The position numbers and the translations under genes are program-made. A stretch of DNA of 19,709 nt from Bdellovibrionota bacterium (GTDB lineage: Bacteria; Bdellovibrionota_C; UBA2361; JBIKWN01). A model generated the notes under the pieces. That model saw only the letters and a program-made list of their open reading frames with translations. It was not told the origin of the DNA and made no database searches. Location of the stretch: NCBI GenBank assembly GCA_044356295.1, contig JBIKWN010000049.1, positions 1-19,709 of the forward strand, given 5' to 3'. Position 1 is the stretch's first letter; each line of letters opens with the position of its first letter. Below, one piece after another: positions 16,260 to 19,709 of this stretch.

Positions 16260-17957
16260 ATGACGCACGCTGATAGTAACGTAGGGGGCTCGTTTGCCTC
16301 TGAATTTGAAAAATATTTTAACGAGCGAGGAAATCTTCGCCCGGGTAAAGTAGTCACTGGAAAAGTGACAGCAATTGGAAAAGATGTCGTTTCAGTCGAT
16401 ATCGGTTTTAAATCTGAAGGAGTTGTTCCAATTGAGCAATTCTCTGATAGTGAAGGTAAATATCAAGTAGCACTTAATGATGCTGTTGATGTTTATATTC
16501 TTGCGCTTGAAAATGAACATGGTCAGGTTATCCTCTCAAAAGAGAAAGCTGATCAAAAGAAAGTATGGGACCACGTAGAGAATATTTATAAATCTGGTGG
16601 AACACTTTCTGGAAAAGTAACACACAAAGTTAAAGGTGGATTACAAGTTGATATTGGAATACCTGCGTTCTTGCCAGGCTCACAGCTTGATATTCGTCCT
16701 CACCGAAACCTCGATAAATTTCTTGAGCAGGTTTATGACTATAAAGTTCTAAAAATCACCCGTGATAAAGGTAATATCGTTCTTTCACGACGCGCAGTTC
16801 TTATGAATGAGCGTGACTCACTTCGTTCAGAAACACTTAAAGTGCTTCAAGAAGGAGTTGTTATGGAAGGTGTTGTTAAAAATATCACTGATTACGGGGT
16901 CTTTATTGATCTTGGTGGTATTGATGGACTACTCCATATCACTGATATCGCTTGGGGTCGTGTTAATCATCCAGCTGATAAACTATCAGTTGGTCAAACT
17001 GTCCCAGTGGTTGTTCTTAAGTATGACTCAGATAAAGAACGAGTCAGCCTTGGTATGAAGCAGTTAACTGCTGATCCATGGACAACTGTACATGAGCGTT
17101 ACCCAGTCGGTGGACGTATTAAAGGTAAAGTTATCTCAGTTACTGATTACGGTGCGTTCGTTGAAATCGAGCAAGGCGTTGAAGGACTTATCCACATCAG
17201 TGAGATGAGCTGGACGAAGAAAGTTAAGAATCCAAACAAACTTGTTAATGAAAGCGAAGTTGTTGAAGCAGTTATTCTTGGCATTGATTCAGACCAACAG
17301 AGAATTAGTTTGTCGCTTAAAGCGCTTCAAGCAAATCCTTGGGACGATATCAAACTCAAACATCCAAAAGGTTCGAAAATCAAAGGACAAGTTCGTTCGA
17401 TTACAGAATTTGGAATCTTTGTTGGTGTTGAAGACGGTATTGATGGTCTTGTTCACATCTCTGACTTTTCTTGGACCAAGCGTATTAAGGATCCGAAAGA
17501 GATTCATGATATGTACAAGAAGGGTGATGAAGTTGAAGCTATGGTTCTTGATGTTGATGTTGAGAACGAAAGACTTAGCCTTGGTATCAAACAACTTGAG
17601 TCTGATCCTTGGGAAGCAATTGCTCAGCGATATCCTGTTGATTCCAAAGTTAAAGGAACCATTAGTTCAGTTACTGACTTCGGTGTGTTTGTTCAGATCG
17701 AAGATGGTGTTGAAGGACTTATTCACAACACTCACCTTGGAATCGAAAAAGGTGAAAACGTTGCTGATAAGTTCAAAGCTGGTGAGCCGATCGAAGCGCA
17801 AATCATCAAGATTGAGCGTGACGAGCGACGTATTTCACTTTCTGTTAAAACGATTAAACGTCGTCAAGAGAAAGATGATATGTCTGGTTATATGGAAGAC
17901 CAAGGAACCGCAGTTACCTTCGGTGATCTTATTCGCCAGAAAATGGAGAATAACTAA
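16260..17957 (+). CDS. rpsA: 30S ribosomal protein S1 (six S1 domains)
   Basis: DIGFKSEG, AFLPGSQ, repeated (D/E)(Y/F)GxFV...G(I/V)(D/E)GL(L/I/V)H units; AAAGGA SD upstream. Confidence 0.98.
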   Translation: MTHADSNVGGSFASEFEKYFNERGNLRPGKVVTGKVTAIGKDVVSVDIGFKSEGVVPIEQFSDSEGKYQVALNDAVDVYILALENEHGQVILSKEKADQKKVWDHVENIYKSGGTLSGKVTHKVKGGLQVDIGIPAFLPGSQLDIRPHRNLDKFLEQVYDYKVLKITRDKGNIVLSRRAVLMNERDSLRSETLKVLQEGVVMEGVVKNITDYGVFIDLGGIDGLLHITDIAWGRVNHPADKLSVGQTVPVVVLKYDSDKERVSLGMKQLTADPWTTVHERYPVGGRIKGKVISVTDYGAFVEIEQGVEGLIHISEMSWTKKVKNPNKLVNESEVVEAVILGIDSDQQRISLSLKALQANPWDDIKLKHPKGSKIKGQVRSITEFGIFVGVEDGIDGLVHISDFSWTKRIKDPKEIHDMYKKGDEVEAMVLDVDVENERLSLGIKQLESDPWEAIAQRYPVDSKVKGTISSVTDFGVFVQIEDGVEGLIHNTHLGIEKGENVADKFKAGEPIEAQIIKIERDERRISLSVKTIKRRQEKDDMSGYMEDQGTAVTFGDLIRQKMENN

Positions 17958-17974
17958 TCAGTTCTTTCTGATGC

Positions 17975-18006
17975 AGCGGTTGAAACTTCAGCCGCTTGTT
18001 GTTTTT
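17975..18006 (+). terminator. Hairpin with U-rich tail after rpsA (first candidate intrinsic terminator)
   Basis: AGCGGTTGA-AACT-TCAGCCGCT forms a 9-bp stem with one G-U pair, followed by TGTTGTTTTT. Confidence 0.55.
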
Positions 18007-18007
18007 C

Positions 18008-18037
18008 AAAAAGCACTCCGAAAGGCGTGCTTTTTTT
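18008..18037 (+). terminator. Rho-independent terminator after rpsA (second hairpin, possibly bidirectional)
   Basis: AAAAA-GCACTCC-GAAA-GGCGTGC-TTTTTTT: GNRA loop, one mismatch, 7-T tail. Confidence 0.7.
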
Positions 18038-18114
18038 GTAATATGGTCTTCGAGTTACAAAGATAAAAATAAAAGATAGGATGAAATTGTAATTTATTAA
18101 GAGATGGGTGATAC

Positions 18115-19203
18115 GTGGAGCCACTGAAAGAAATGTTTAACAAGAAATTCTTTGTTGATCTTTCAAATGAATTTCAAGCTATCGATAAGAACTTTTCCTG
18201 CTCATTGTTTCTGAAAGATATTACAAAAAATTTAGAAGAATTAGAGCTCAATCAACGTTTGCGGCATGCAACGACAGTTCTTAATAAATATCTACCATCT
18301 GATTTTAAAAAAGCGATACCAGTTTTAAAAAAAGTTATCCCTGCTATAAAAGCTGGGTACACCACCCTCATTTTTCCTGATTATGTTGGGCAATTTGGAA
18401 AGAATCATGTTCAAGAGTCGCTTGATGCATTAAAGTATTTTACTCGTTTTGGGTCCTCAGAATTCGCAATAAGAGAATTTCTACGAATAGATTTTGAACA
18501 TACTATTTCTGTTATGCAGCAGTGGGCTACCGATGATTGTTATCATGTACGAAGGCTTGCTTCTGAGGGAAGTCGCCCCCGTCTTCCTTGGTCATTTAAG
18601 TTAGATCAAGTAATCAAAAATCCAATCGTAACGTATCCAATCTTAGAAACTTTAAAAGATGATCCTGAATTATATGTAAGAAAGTCTGTAGCAAATCATT
18701 TGAATGATATATCTAAGGATAACCCCAAATTCTTCATAGATATTCTTAAAAACTGGAAAGGTGGTAGCAATACTACTGAATGGATTTTAAAGCATGGTAG
18801 TCGCACACTCCTTAAAAAAGGTGATGTTATAGTTTTAAAACAATTTGGCATCAAACATCATGATGAGCTGAGAATCGTAGATTTTAAAATCGTAAATCCT
18901 AAAATAAAAATTGGTGAGCTTTTATCTTTTCACTGTACAGTCATAAATAATTCTTTAAAAAAAACAAAAATTCGAATCGAATATGCTGTGTATTTTAAGC
19001 TTAAGAATGGGATGTATTCTAAAAAAGTTTACAAAATCAAAGAAACGGAATTGTCTTCTAAGGAATCTTTGTTGGTATCAAAAAAACATAACTTCAAAGT
19101 GATTTCTACTCGTCGTTTTGTTGTTGGAGAACAAGGATTATCGGTTATAGTGAATGGGAAAGAGCATAAAAAGCTTGAATTTAAGCTGACGGCTAAATCA
19201 TAA
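18115..19203 (+). CDS. alkC: AlkC-type HEAT-repeat 3-methyladenine DNA glycosylase with C-terminal Ig-like extension
   Basis: SSEFAIR, HVRRLASEGSRPRLPW and YVRKSVANHLNDISKD motifs, plus a beta-rich ~110-aa C-terminal domain. GTG start. Confidence 0.85.
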   Translation: MEPLKEMFNKKFFVDLSNEFQAIDKNFSCSLFLKDITKNLEELELNQRLRHATTVLNKYLPSDFKKAIPVLKKVIPAIKAGYTTLIFPDYVGQFGKNHVQESLDALKYFTRFGSSEFAIREFLRIDFEHTISVMQQWATDDCYHVRRLASEGSRPRLPWSFKLDQVIKNPIVTYPILETLKDDPELYVRKSVANHLNDISKDNPKFFIDILKNWKGGSNTTEWILKHGSRTLLKKGDVIVLKQFGIKHHDELRIVDFKIVNPKIKIGELLSFHCTVINNSLKKTKIRIEYAVYFKLKNGMYSKKVYKIKETELSSKESLLVSKKHNFKVISTRRFVVGEQGLSVIVNGKEHKKLEFKLTAKS

Positions 19204-19329
19204 ATTTTTCTTAAGAAAGATGATTTTGATATAATTCGTACATGTCTGAGTTAACTGATTTAGGCAAAGATAGGTAGTTTAAAAAAATATTATAAAATTT
19301 CAAAAATTAAGATTGATTCTCTTTCGCGC

Positions 19330-19709
19330 ATGGAACAAATAGTACACAAACCCATCCTTCCAATAGTAATTCCTGAGCCAGCTTTTTATGGTAGGCATGG
19401 TTTGATGCTTTCTGAAATGTTTGGCACTACATTAGATCAATTCATTGGACTGAAGATACTTGATATTCCCGGTGGTCCATCAACGTTAAATCAAATGATT
19501 ACTAAACTGGCAAGTCGAGTTGGATGTTTTAAAACTCAGGTTATTTCATGTGATCCAGTTTATGAGTTACCTGAGGCAGAAATCTGGAAAAAAGCGGTTG
19601 ATGATATCAATAGAATAACAGATCTTTATTTTCAGCATCCACAATCTTTAAATCCTTCTTACTTTGATGCTAGGACTCAACTTTCGATGCGACTCGCCGC
19701 CGTGATGGA
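19330..19709 (+). CDS. Putative class I SAM-dependent methyltransferase (partial, runs off the right edge)
   Basis: Not in the ORF track. Manual translation: MEQIVHKP...FYGR...EMFG...KILDIPGGPST...VISCDPVY. This has a motif I-like LDxPGGP and an acidic motif II. The frame is open to the window end. Confidence 0.65.
   Translation, partial: MEQIVHKPILPIVIPEPAFYGRHGLMLSEMFGTTLDQFIGLKILDIPGGPSTLNQMITKLASRVGCFKTQVISCDPVYELPEAEIWKKAVDDINRITDLYFQHPQSLNPSYFDARTQLSMRLAAVM

Noticed and set aside
997..17594. Short nested ORFs (997-1200, 4474-4770, 5005-5256, 7687-7956, 7883-8065, 8337-8576, 10186-10398, 10851-11126, 12148-12330, 13777-13968, 16807-17058, 17289-17594)
   Set aside because: All lie wholly or mostly within longer, well-supported genes and show no recognisable motifs. 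I considered 10186-10398 as an antitoxin or leader for the RSH-like gene but found no support.
16807..17850. Recurring similar sequences in rpsA resembling a repeat array
   Set aside because: These are the ordinary S1-domain repeats, not CRISPR or a DNA-level repeat element.
17242..18066. 274-aa alternative-frame ORF overlapping the rpsA 3' half
   Set aside because: Leu/Lys-rich shadow of the biased codon usage of rpsA, with no motifs, and it runs through the terminator hairpins.

Overview
AT-rich bacterial chromosomal window. The minus strand carries a colinear o-succinylbenzoate-type menaquinone pathway (menF, menD, menH, menB, menA, menC, menE), followed by a hexose-6-phosphate mutarotase-like gene and a partial patatin. 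Two large plus-strand genes interrupt this cluster. Between menA and menC lies a divergent 757-aa DEAH/RHA (HrpA/HrpB-like) helicase. Between menF and menD lies a 1360-aa ORF that by manual motif alignment looks like a giant, highly diverged long RelA/SpoT homologue. It has a dead HD domain, a half-conserved synthetase site, TGS/ACT-like remnants and a ~340-aa unknown N-terminal extension. The right end has housekeeping cmk-rpsA with tandem terminator hairpins, an AlkC-type DNA glycosylase and a partial SAM-dependent methyltransferase. I saw no RNA genes, CRISPR arrays or mobile-element hallmarks. All family calls come from motif recognition by eye, with no database search.
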